Positions 37,254 through 49,100 of a DNA stretch of 64,000 nt are shown in pieces (the stretch's first letter is position 1; each line of letters opens with the position of its first letter). The stretch lies in NCBI GenBank assembly GCA_010356995.1, contig ML996701.1:488963-552962 (forward strand), written 5' to 3'. The notes beneath the pieces are model-generated. The model did not search any database. It was not told the origin of the DNA and saw only the letters and a list, made by a program, of their open reading frames with translations. This DNA is from Trichodelitschia bisporula (lineage: Eukaryota). A program made the translations under genes and the position numbers.

Positions 37254-38859
37254 TCAATTTACCTTGACGCTCTTACGCCCATTACGAGTAGAAACCTCCT
37301 CATCCAGAGGCCGCTTAAGCCCATTCCCATTCGCCGGCTTCTCTTCCGCAACCTCGAACTCGGCCTCAGAAGGAACAGGCGCATCTTCCGCAGGCACACC
37401 AGCCCTCCAGTGATACCTCGCCGCAGGATGGTCGGGCGACGGTACCTTCTGGCCAGCCTCGCCCCTGATGTTCTCGCGATACGTTCCACCGGGTATAGCG
37501 TACTCTTCCTGGAAAAGACCGCGACTACGCAATTCCGGCAGCAGTAGTTCGATCACGTCCTCGAAAGTGCCGGGTTTGATAGCGTATGCGATGTTGAAGC
37601 CATCCACATCGGCTTCGCGGACCCACCGCTCCAACTCGTCGGCCACCTGCTCGGGCGTACCGATTGTCGTTGCGCCGAGGCCGCCGATGGTGATATGCTT
37701 GGCGACGGTGTGTTTAGTCCACTTCTTGACGGTGGGCGATGCCTTCGACCAGCCTTCCACGGCGGATCTGACTAGATGTTAGAGACACCGCCTGAACCGC
37801 ACAGACGTTGAGATGAGCGGCATACCTGATTGCATTGCTCTCCACATGCCGGAGCTCCTGATCATCCGCATAATGAGCGAGATCGATGCCGGTCCAACCG
37901 CCAAAAAGCGCCAATGCCCCATCGATATCACCGTACTGCTCGAGGTCTTCAAACTTCTTTTGAGCCTCCTCCTCCGTACGTCCAAGGATGGGGCAGATGA
38001 GCGCAATGAATTTGATGCTCGCGGGGTCCCGCCCATTGGCCTTGGCCTGCGCTCGGATTTCTGAGATATTCTTCGCGACCACACTTGGGCTGTGCCCTGC
38101 AACAAAAACCGCCTCGGCATGTTGCGACGAAAATTTCTTGCCTGCCTTTGATGTGCCCGCCTGCAGTAACACCGGTGTGCGCTGAGGCGACGGCTGGCAG
38201 ATGTGTGGGCCAGGGACGGAGTAGAATTTGCCAACATGATTGATCTCGCGCACGAGAGTGGGATCCGTGTAGATGCCCGTTTTGCGATTAAGCTGAACGG
38301 CGTCGTCGCGCCACGAAGACTGCCACAATTTGTACATGACGCGGATGTACTCCTCGGCAAGTGCGTAACGATCGTCGTGCTTCGGTTGGTCCTTGCCCAC
38401 CAGATTGCGCGCGGCTGAGTCCAGGTAGCCCGTTACGATGTTCCAGCCCACTCGACCCTTGGTAAGGTGGTCGGCGGTCGACAGACGCCGCGCCAGGTGG
38501 TAGGGCTGCTCGTAAGTGGTTGCGATGGTGACGCCAAAACCTAGGCTCTTCGTCGCGGCAGCCATTGCGGGAACCATGGAGAGAGGCTCGTTTACGGGCC
38601 ATTGTGCACCGGATTTGATGGCAGGCGCAAGATTGCGCGGACCTTGATAGATATCGTAGCCACCGAGTACGTCGGCAATGAAGAGGCCGTGGAATTTGGC
38701 ATCTTCGAGGAGCTTCGCGAGCCTGATCCAATGGTCTATGTCATTGAAGTCGGTGGATTGATCCTTGGGGTGCTTCCAGAGACCAGGGGACTGATGTCCG
38801 GAGCACGGCTCGACAAAGGCGTGAAGGATGAGCTTCTTCTTTGGGGTTGAGGTCGTCAT
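37254..38859 (-). CDS. FMNH2-dependent monooxygenase, NtaA/SnaA/DszA (bacterial luciferase-like) family
   Basis: GHQSPGLWKHP, AKLLEDAKFHGLFIADVLG, EPLSMVPAMAAATKSLGFGVT, PYHLARRLSTADHLTKGRVGWNIVTG, PSPQRTPVLLQAGTS, GTPEQVADELERW..VDGFNI, LLPELRSRGLF. One intron 37768-37825. Confidence 0.95.
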
Positions 38860-40802
38860 GTTGGCGAAGATGAGTGAGTGAAAAGACTTGAGATGGAAGA
38901 GAGAATTGAAAGTAAAGCTCGCAGCTTGGAGCTCAGGTTATGGCTAGGCGCGCATTTCGGCTATGGGACGCGTCGAATGGCCAGCCGGCACAAGGTCTTG
39001 CCTTACCTCGATGGTGTGCTCGCGGCGATGACGCGCCCAGCTCGAGCTGGTGGCTAGTTAGCTAAGAGCGCGCAGATCCGTGACTTCGAAGACGGTCTGC
39101 AATTGCGTGATCACATTGGACGAGCGCCTTGCGGGGTCCCATGAAGCTGGAGGTGGGGTGCGGTGTGCGCCATTCCAAGTGGTGCCATGGAATGGCTGCA
39201 TATGCTTCGGCCTCGGGTTGCTAACGCTCGCCTTGACAGCCATTTCGCTGCCGAGTGCCGGTTGCTAAGCCAGGAGGGTGCCGGCAGGTACCGGGAATAG
39301 GAAAAGAGCCCAATGCCACACGTCTGCCTTGCATGGTAAGCGTTGAGCACATCATCGATCGCGTCAATTGCGAGAGGTGAACTGCGGATTTCTGGACGCG
39401 CAAAGCTGGAGATCAGCAAAACGATGGATTGAGCTGGCGGCTCTTCGGTGCAATGAGATGTTTGAATTGAGCCCTCCACTTGTGCGATACATACACGGTA
39501 GGACACTATCGCTATCAAGTGAAAGAGGTCGTTGGTGGTTCAAAAGGTCCCAGTGAAGAGCTAACATAAAATATGTTTGCTTGACTGGCCGCCTTGATCT
39601 GCAGCCGATAGGGGCAACGATATCTTTGCTCGTAGATTTTGTGCTGGAAAATCCTTCTTGCGGCCGGCAAGAGCTTCCCACCTCCGATGACCGGCGCTCT
39701 CCCTAGCTCCTCCGCAACCTGCAACCTCCACATTGCATCTCACCCGCCTCCACGCATCCTAGGTCCCCACAATGTCCCCACCATCATCCATGCTATATGC
39801 CAGAGGCCGGGCGTGCAGCATGCTGCTGCTCTCGATTTCACCATCGCCCTGGTGGGTCACACCTTGATCTACCGTAGTATGCGTCGTGAATTTGCTCATG
39901 CGAAGTAGCCACTCCCGAAGTATGGCCTTTGAAAGGCAGTCGGCAGCAGCGTCTGTCTCAACTGCACACCGTTATCAATGGCCACCGAAGACGGTTTGAC
40001 GTGGAAAGTGGCGAGCATGTGCGCTCTGCATGTCCGATACGAGTATCTCCATCCGCCAATAAACCACAGAGCTCTCTGCATCTGTGCCTTCATCCGCAGT
40101 ACTCGCGTGGCGTCCTTGCTATGCTTTGAGATACCCTGCTCAGGTATCATCGTCTGTCCCGGCCATATGGCCGCAGGCTGAATGTAGGCGAGGCGGCAAG
40201 GACGAACAATGTCTGGATTCCTTCGCCAATTGCTGAGCCCTAACCCACAGCCCGTAAGCCTGGACGCTGGAAACGCTAACTCAGCAACTTTGGTGTAGCC
40301 AGCGCTTTTGCCGTGGACTCAAGCCTTTTCCTCCGCGAGCGAGCACGCCATATATAGACCTTTTGATGCCATGAGATTTTCAACGGTCGTACCGCAGACC
40401 CGCAGCGTCCATCAGTTGATTTTCATCCGAGCTCTCAGCCTAGAACTATCAGCAACCCATGCTGCTCTGCACCTAATGGCCAGTCTGGAATTTCCTGGCG
40501 TCAGTTACTCGCGTGTCCGACTGGTCCCCACCGTGCCACCGCGCACACGCATGGAAGAGGCTTCTCAGCTTCGAACGGCATTGACAGCCCGATGGCGCCC
40601 CTTCGTTTGGGCATACGGTAATTGGCCATCCTGAACTTTCCGGATGGCGTTAAGCTGGAAGCCATGGCCCTGGAGGTGCCACCAGTCTGGATTATTTCCG
40701 CAGCCTTGGGGAACAAATGTGGCTTTTTTGGGTTTGGATATCTACCTCGAGCGCGTCTCGCTTTTGAAGACAGTCCTAAATCTCTAGAGACCAATTTGCA
40801 CC

Positions 40803-43240
40803 ATGTCTTTGCATGCTCGTGATGACTTCGTGGCGGTTAAGCCGCCGCTCCACCAATCCGTGGGATATGTTATCGTAGTGGTTGTTGGTCTGATAGTCGC
40901 GGCTCTTATGATATATGCTACGAGAGTGTTGAAAAAGACAGTTGGCGAAGACAATGAGAAAACAGAAATGTAAGCACCCCCCATCGGGTTATGTGATGCT
41001 GCTCACTCTTTCAGGTTCATGACTGCAAACCGCAGTGTGAGGACGGGCTTGACTGCATCCGCCGTGGTGTCGGTACGTCAACGATTGATCTCCATTGAGC
41101 ATTGCTGATTTCATTAGTCGTGGCTCTGGAGTACGGCTATGCTTGGTTCCTCGTTGGTTGGCTACACCGGGGGTTTGGCCGGCCCTTTCTGGTTCGCAGC
41201 AGGCTGCAGTCCCATGATTGTGTTCTTCGCGTTACTTGGGATCTCAGCAAAGCGGAAGATTCCCGAGGCTCACACGCTTCTTGAAATTGTGCGTATCAGA
41301 TATGGTAGGTTGAACCACGATCAGCAAGTGCTTTTGCTAACCGGCCAGGAACCACGGCCCATATCGTTTACATGGTTCTGTGTTTAATCAACAACATCGT
41401 TGCCTGCGCCAACATGCTTTTGGGCGCGTCTGCGGCAATCACTGCCCTGACAGGCATGCATATCATCGCGGCCACATTCCTGCTACCCTTGGGAGTCGCA
41501 ATTTACACCTTCGTCGGCGGTATCAAGGCTACTTTCTTAACTGGTAGTCAATCCCGACCGGAGCCTGTATGATAGAGCGCTAATATTTCAAGATTACTTC
41601 CACACCTTCATCATCCTAATCATTCTTTGCTATTTCTCAGTCAAGGTCTGGACCCTCGAGGAAGTCGGCTCCGTCGGACACCTCTACGACCTCATCAAGG
41701 CGGCATCGGCGCGCAACCCAATCAGCGGAAACCATGAAGGATCGTACCTCACCATGACGTCGAAGAACAGCATCATGTTCGGCATTCTCCACATATGCGC
41801 TAACTGTAAGTTTCCATGCATGAGCAATTTTCACCCTTGGTGGCCGCTGATCACGTGTAGTCGGCCTCGTCGTTATGGATACCTCATTCTTCATCAAAGC
41901 CTTTTCTGCGTCGCCCAAGGCTGTCGTGCCCGGTTACATCATCGGCGGCATTTCCTATTTTGCGATCCCGTGGGCCATCGGAACCCTCGCCAGTGCCACC
42001 GTCCTTGGTCTTGAAGACAATCCTATATTCCCGACATATCCCCGGGTACGTCTTTTTGCATCCCGGCTTTTCCTCGCTAACAATGGCAGCGCATGTCGAG
42101 TACGGAAATCAGCGGAGGTCTTGTACTGCCGTACTTTGCCATTACAATTGCAGGCAAGGGAGGCGCCGTGGCGATGGTCATCGCCACCTTCATGGCTGTC
42201 ACGTCGACACTCTCCGCACAAGTCATCGCCGTGTCATCCATTTTGAGCTTTGATGTTTACAGGGCGTACTTCAACCGCCATGCCACCGACATGGAGGTCA
42301 TCCGCTGGAGCCACTACGGTGTCGTGGGCTTCGCGTTGTTTGCCGCAGCGTTTAGCACCGCGCTGCACTACGGAGGTGTCGATCTGGGCTGGACCCTCTA
42401 CATGCTGGGTACGTATTCCCATAGTTCTCCCGCTTCCGCCACCAGAGCTGACCCTTCAGGCGTCCTAACGTGCCCCGGCATCTTCCCCACCACCTTCCTA
42501 ATCATGTGGCGCGGCCAAAGCCGCGCCGCAGCCATCGTTTCCCCCGTTCTCGGCATGGCGACCGGTATCGCAGTGTGGCTGGGCAGTGCCTACGCGCTCC
42601 ACGGCGAGGTCTCCGTCGCCTCCACGGGCGGCATAGCGCCCTGCGTGTACGGCACCGTCGCCTCCGCCTTCTCACCCATCCTCTACTCCGTGGTCATCTC
42701 CTTCGTCGGGGGTTTGCAGAACTACGACTGGGCGGACTTCCGCAAGGAGAAACTCGCCTTCGAAGTCGACGCCACGCTGGTGTCAGAGGAAGAACTCGCA
42801 GTCGAGCACAACGACCCCGAGAAAATAAAGCAGCTGAAGCGGTGGGGGCGGATCGCGACGTACTGGACCATCGCCACGTTCTTGGGGCACTGGGTCATTT
42901 GGCCGTTGCCGATGTATGCGGCGAAGTATATCTTTGGCAAAGTGGTAAGCATCTTCGCGTTTTACCTTCTTGGCTCGGCTAACGGGGGCAGTTTTTCTCG
43001 GCCTGGCTTATTATCGCAATTATCTGGCTCTGGGGCACGTTGTTCGTCGTCGGCTTCTTCCCGCTTATTGATGGGCGCGCGCAGATTATTGCGGTTGTGA
43101 GGGGGATGCTTGGCAAGAAGCCCGTGGTTGAGGCGCCGACTACAAGGTCGAGCGGTGCCAGCTCGACCGAAGCTGATGGGATCAAGACCTCAGGGCACAG
43201 TGTCTCTGAGGTTAATGTAGTGTCAAAGCTGGAGGCGTAG
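40803..43240 (+). CDS. DUR3-like urea/polyamine active transporter (sodium:solute symporter family)
   Basis: PPLHQSVGYVIVVVVG, EMFMTANRSVRTGLTASAVVSSWLWST, EAHTLLEIVRIRYG, YTFVGGIKATFLTDYFHT, GSYLTMTS, FMAVTSTLSAQVIAVSSILSFDVY, HWVIWPLPMY. About 8 introns. Divergent from the monooxygenase. Confidence 0.93.
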
Positions 43241-44346
43241 AGAGGTGTGAAGCGTGGGATCTGGGCTTCAAAAGTGCGAAGAGTGTGACTAGACTAATTT
43301 CTTTTTGGTTTGACAGCTGCATACCCGTTTTTTTCTCTAAACGGACTGTTTGCGCTCTGGATTGCTATGTAGCAAACTGGATGATGGAATGCGAGACATT
43401 CAGCAATCTCTGTTCATGTCTCATCCCGCCAGCCTTGCCGGCGTTGCTCAAGCCTGTTGACCAATCACCACATGGCTTGGCAGACAGGAACCCCGCGTAA
43501 GACAGCAAACCACAAAGCTCGTGCATCATCGCTTTGTACTCCAGCGGCAAGAGGCAGTATCAACAAACCGTTCATACCACCAACCCTCCAATCCATTACC
43601 CGGCATCGACGTCGTCTCAATAGTTTCCACATCTGGCACTAGCGCGCGGCTCGGGCAGCATACGCTTGGCATCCAATTCCCCATTAGACATAGCGCGTAT
43701 CCCCCCACCATCGCAGAACTGGCCGCTGATCTGAAAAGACAACTAGGACGCCGAGCAAGCAGCTCGGTCCGCTTCGCAAAATCTATCGAGATTCAAGCAA
43801 TTTGGGATGGGATTTCCTTTGAGGTGTGCGCAACGTACGACGAGCGTGGGGGTGTGGAAACGGCAGAGATACGGCGACACCGGATATCCGTTCGAGGAAC
43901 GGCGTAGACGCCACTGCATCACGATCTCCGCTTCCATGAGGCGCGTTATGCGACAGGACGGAAAGGCCAAGTGGGTTGAGAATTGGGTAGCTGCAGAAAC
44001 TGGGGCCGGGCTCTCCATTTGGCGTAAAATGTTAAGGCTAAAATGCACAACTCATGTCGCTTAGCACGCTCGGTAGACGTCCCGACGTTCCCCGTCAACG
44101 CTTCGTGGAGCTGGGTTTGGAAGAGTCAACCGAACGGATAAGTGTCTTCTTGCAATGAACAGTGAGAATCACGACCAGTGGTACAATATCAAACGTCAGG
44201 ATGGGAATGCATGCATCGCTATCCTATTTTTAACTCCAGATGATGGTACTGTCACGTACCCCGTGGGATATATACCCTCATAAACATTCCCAGCGCCGGA
44301 GCTCTAACCCGAGAGCCGTTTCCTCAGCCGAGTCTAATGGAAGGTT

Positions 44347-46142
44347 TCAACCCTGTTCCTTTTTATCGCCAGCAGGACCTTCACCCGTGCGGCCCTGGGC
44401 CCGTTCACCACCGGCGACTTGAGCCTCCACGTCCATCTCCTTCTCCTCACCCACCCTGTTTTCCTCCGAACGTTCACTGCGGGCGAACTGAGCCTCAACA
44501 TCCATCTCTTTCTCCTCCCCACTCACGCTCGTATCAGCGTTCTGCGTCTCGAGGACGTACTCATCGTACTTCTTGCCCGCGCGCTTGGCTGCTTCGCGGA
44601 CATTGCGCGTGCGGTAGAGCCAGACCAGATGCGACGATACGATGCCGATTTCAAGGACGAGGCTGTGGACCGGTTAACGAACGCCCCATGTGTCATCGGT
44701 TTGGCATATGAAGAGGGGTCCAGTAGACAAGGGACTCACACGCAAATGTACGAGACACCTCCGATGACGTCAAAGCTGCGTTGTACCGCTGTGTTTGTCA
44801 GCCCCACCACGATCCCAAGAAAAAGAAGCACACGCACCCAACGCGAGCATCGAAAACAGAGCCCCGGACCAGTCAATGGCCAGAAACATGAAGTCTGTTC
44901 GTCTTAGTCCCGGAAGCAGCCAGTCCACTGGAATTGACGTACTAAGCCCAACGACGCGACCGCGCCGCTTCCATATCTCAAAGTACGGAGGAATGAGTCC
45001 GAGAACGAAGAGCACGACGGCGACGACGCCAATGAGCGTTATCGGCCACTCGACACCGCGAGAGTATGGACCCTGGGACGTCAGCTGGTCTAGACGGCGA
45101 CTGGGGTTGTAAAATCGGGGTACGGACCCGCAATGTCAGGACCAGCACGACTTCCAGCCCGCCGAACACCGTCATCGTGACGAGAGTAATGAGTGTGGCC
45201 TGCCATATCTTGAACTTACTGTTGGACGTAAGCAACCCGGTCCCAAGCCAACATTGTCCCAATGAGCGCTCACTTGTGGTACACCAGCGTTTGCGCCCAG
45301 CAGATGAGGCAAAGGAAGCAGAAAATCTGGGGCTGCGTTTGAATGGGTATGTTGAAATTCTGTCGCCAGTGTAAGCATTGTGGCCCCGCCTCTAGAGTGG
45401 GCTTACTTGGATGATGGAGTAGGCGCCAAATGGAGCCATGCCTAGCCCGTGTTAGGCCTTCTCCACACTTCGTGACAAGGAAGCTCCGTACACACGGCCC
45501 AAAGGAAGAGCATGAGGCCGGGAACGCCCTCAGTCGTTCCCCTACGCCAATTATGCCATATCCTGCGATAGGTTAGTGATCGAGATTCGCCATCTCAACC
45601 GCCGCGAGGTGTACGAACTGCGGTAGAATCTGCCGAGTATCAGTGCCAGTCCATAGTATGCTCGACAACTAGACCAAAAGATAACTCGGACTGCATACCT
45701 GGACACACCAGCAGCTGTCAAACGACAACAATGACCCGGATCAGCTTCCTTCTCGCTAAAGCCAAGCGTGGCAGTGGAAGATTGGGTCGCGAGCTTTACT
45801 CACACTATTCGTCAAGGTAAGTAGTCTGAAAGAGATTTACACGGCATATACGCAACAATGCGCCAAGACGCACACACCATGGGTTGTGGTGGTACAGCGC
45901 CGTGGGTAGCCTCGCAGCCGGGAAGGAAGGGGCCACTCAACTTGTTCCAATGGTCTGTGGGCGTCGCAAAAGGATTCAGCGCGTGCACTCAGCAGTAATT
46001 ATATCCCATGACCAAAAAGGAAGCCTTACACCTAGCACATTGGCAGCCTAGACACCGGGAGGATCAGCTTTCATGCAAAACGTGCGGCGGGACAAGTAGC
46101 GGGCCAGGTACCGACCGGAGGGATGTCGGTTTGGGGCGCCAT
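44347..46142 (-). CDS. PQ-loop repeat membrane transporter (many short exons)
   Basis: Spliced MAPQTDIPP|AANVLG|TIGT|I|CWCVQ|ILPQ|IWHNWRRGTTEGVPGLMLFLWAVC..NFNIPIQTQPQIF; second loop GLIPPYFEIWKRRGRVVG..FLAIDWSGALFS. Stop TGA at 44347-44349. GEEKEMDVEAQ occurs twice in the tail. Confidence 0.88.
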
Positions 46143-49100
46143 GGAGCTGGGGAAGCTTAAATCACGCAAAGAGCGAAACGGCGTAAGGCGGAAGTAAGGA
46201 CCTGACTCGAGGTGGTGTACTCATGTAGGGAAGAAGATGGTGGGTGGATGGCAAAATGAAGGTGGCGCGCTATATATACCGTTGTTTGCGCCTTCACTCC
46301 AAAGCGCTTTCACCCAGCAGTGCCTTCCAGTCAACGGCAAGGCTGACACCTCACCTGTCAAGCAACCGCGATTGACGGGATCCATGTCGAAAGTTAGGCC
46401 CATCTGCGCCGAACGCCTAGATAGCAAAAGGGAAGGCTCGAGCAGAGAAGATAGGAAAGAGGGTGGGGCATCTCCGCAGCAGCCGCGACCCCCCAGATTC
46501 AGCTGCCATGTGGCAAACAGCCAAAGGAAGGTTGGGCAGAGGCGTGCGAACGGAATAATCCCAGCTCACCAGTTGGAGGCCTATAGTCGCATCAGTCTGG
46601 CTTGCCTAGTAGAAGGGAGATACAAGAACCGCAAGCGGTGGCTAAAGGCGAACCGCAGTAGCCAACGAGAATAACGGCCTGAAGTCACAGATACTGAGTG
46701 GGGAAACAGGGCTTAAGCGTCCAGCCAGCCAGCCGCGGAACACAGAGCCTAGACGCGGTGCTTCCTGCGAGTAACCGAACGGGCATCGGGATGCATCCTG
46801 CCTCGCACCAAAATTACTAGTGCCGGGGAAGGGGGATTGGCGACATCAAAGCAGAGTGGCTTGCTGGAACCATCAACAATCGCAGCTTCTTTCAAACGAC
46901 AGTGGCTATAAACAAAGCCAATGGACGCCCGCCGGGATGAACCTGACATGATGTATCAGGTATCGCTCGGAGCACCTATTCGTCCCTTTCCAAGGTGGCG
47001 GAAATCGTGGGAATCGCGATGAACACGCTAGTGGAAAATCTGGCGGCTCCACATCCCCGCACCCAAATGCTCTAGCAACTCTAGGCAAAAACTGGTATGT
47101 TCAAGGCTACGCGCTGGTCCACATATCGAAAGTCCAGCCATCGGATGATCGGGCCTCGGGGAAGGCGGCAGCGCTACAGAACAGAGGCTAGCTGGAAGAA
47201 GCAGGCTACTGCTGACGCCGACAGAGGGATAATACGGTCAAGAGGAAGATTTCGCCCAGCCTGCCATTGGTTGGGGGTCGGGAACATCTGGGTGATTACC
47301 AGCACTTTGGGTTTGCTCCATATTCGACCCGGTTTAGGGCGGGGTCAAGCACTGATGGTGACGGGCGTTTGGCCAACTGGGAGGCACGCGAGCACATCTT
47401 CAGTTCGGAACTATCAGTAGTGGCAGCAACGGCGGCGGCGGCAGCGGTAACGATAACAAGTAGTAGGAATGGTGCTTATGAGGTAGGGATGGGATGGGAT
47501 GGGATGGAGGCCAGGTGCGGGGCTGTGTGTGATTGGCGAAGCTCGGGGTAATTCCCGCTGCCAGGAACAGGCCTGGGAGGTCTCATGGCCAACTGCAAGG
47601 GGATGGACCATCAGCCTCTACACAGCATTAGGAACAGAATGAGCTTGTACATACGACGACGATCACAGGAGACGGTGGTTGGACACCCGGCGTGTGAGAG
47701 GTGGCCGGTGTGAAAGGCCAAGTGATGGGACGTAACGAAGTGACGAGACCGGAGGCTCGACGACGCGGAAGCAAGGAGGGGTAAACGGATGTGATGGCGC
47801 TTCGTGCGGCTGGACCTGCTTCTTGCTGCTGCTGAATGGTGGGACGGCGGAAGAGACGTGGGAATAGTAGAGCAGGCTGGTTAGAGGAGCTACAGTACAT
47901 AGAACTAGTAGTTGGATAACACGGCTAAGAAGCTGGAGCCGTTTGATGCAGGAGGAGACTGCTCAGCCAACTGGAGTGGGGGGAAGTGGTGAAGAGGGTG
48001 GGACGGAAGGCTTCAAGTCGTCATACCGGCATAGGACTAAAGAGAGAGAAGGTGGGTTTGATGCTGAGATGAAAGATTGTCAGCTACAGTAGCTTGATGC
48101 TTCGGCTATGCAGCGAGAAAATGAGCCAGAGAGCTGCGGGTGGAGTGCAGCAGAGGTGCAGTTGCGGGATGCGTCCCGATCACGTGATGAGTAACATCCC
48201 CTCGCTCTTGACTCTTTTTTTGACGGCCTTTTCGCTTGTCCTCCCTCACTCTTTACTCCACTCCATTCCCCTCACATTGCAAACGTATCTGCGCTCTTGA
48301 TAATGTGCTCCAGCAGTGAGTATGTCCTTAACGTCATTCGAAGATGAAAGTATCGTCGATCTCCCCGTAACCGCAGCTCCAAACCACAAGACACCCTGCA
48401 AAATGCGCACGTCAACCCCATCATGCAGACATTCTCACCAAAGACAGCCGCAACATGCGAAGATCTTGCACAGGGCGTCGAAATGTGTAAACTAGCGCCA
48501 AACGACTGAACGGAAGCTGGGATCGAAATGTGCATCCCATAGGCCGCAGTGCAAGCCCGGGTTCCCAGGCCCAAGGTGATCGATAAACACTTACAACCCC
48601 AACTCCATGGCGCGGGACGCTTTCCATAATTACCGTGCGCCAATCGATGCGGGGTTCAATTCTTTAGTCACCGTTTTCTCTTCCCAGCCTCGCGCCACGC
48701 CGCCACGCTCGCCGGATAGATGCTCCGGGCTCCAACCACTACCTCCTTTCTCGTGCTGCGGAGAAGCAGCCATTGAGCCATCAAACGGTGTGATAATGCC
48801 GGAGACACGCGAGGGTGAGATGCACGAGCGGCACAGTAAGGCCGAGTGCAGCGTGGCAGGCCGGTTCAATCCATGCTTTTTATCTTCTGTCCAATTCTTC
48901 CATTCTGATGGGTTCATCAAACCCATAAGGTTAGCCGAACTTCAACCAACCAGCACGTCCGTCCCCTCCATCAGAGATCAGATTATCCTTCTCCTCACCA
49001 GAATGACTGAAATCATGGAAGACGATCATCGATTCATCAGACGGAGGTGCGTCAGGCCGCATATGTGGCGGGAATCAGCGCAATAGACAGGCCAAGCGCC

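Noticed and set aside
38860..41120. TPP riboswitch in or upstream of the DUR3-like transporter (some fungal DUR3 paralogues carry one in an intron)
   Set aside because: No CTGAGA..ATAC..GAAC(T/C)TGATC..GGATAAT.CC.GCG core found by eye. TGAGATACCC at about 40127 and the TTGCTGAG/CTCAGCAA hairpin at 40230-40287 lack the rest of the fold. An Infernal RF00059 scan would be decisive.
43521..44064. Protein-like frames between the DUR3-like and PQ-loop genes
   Set aside because: Non-ATG starts, several stops and no recognisable family; possibly a relic but not supportable.
47903..47916. ACTAGTAGTTGG match to an internal segment of fungal 5S rRNA
   Set aside because: The flanks do not resemble 5S rRNA; a chance 12-mer.
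48600..48680. tRNA-like GGTTCAATTC T-loop motif
   Set aside because: No acceptor, D or anticodon stems could be paired.
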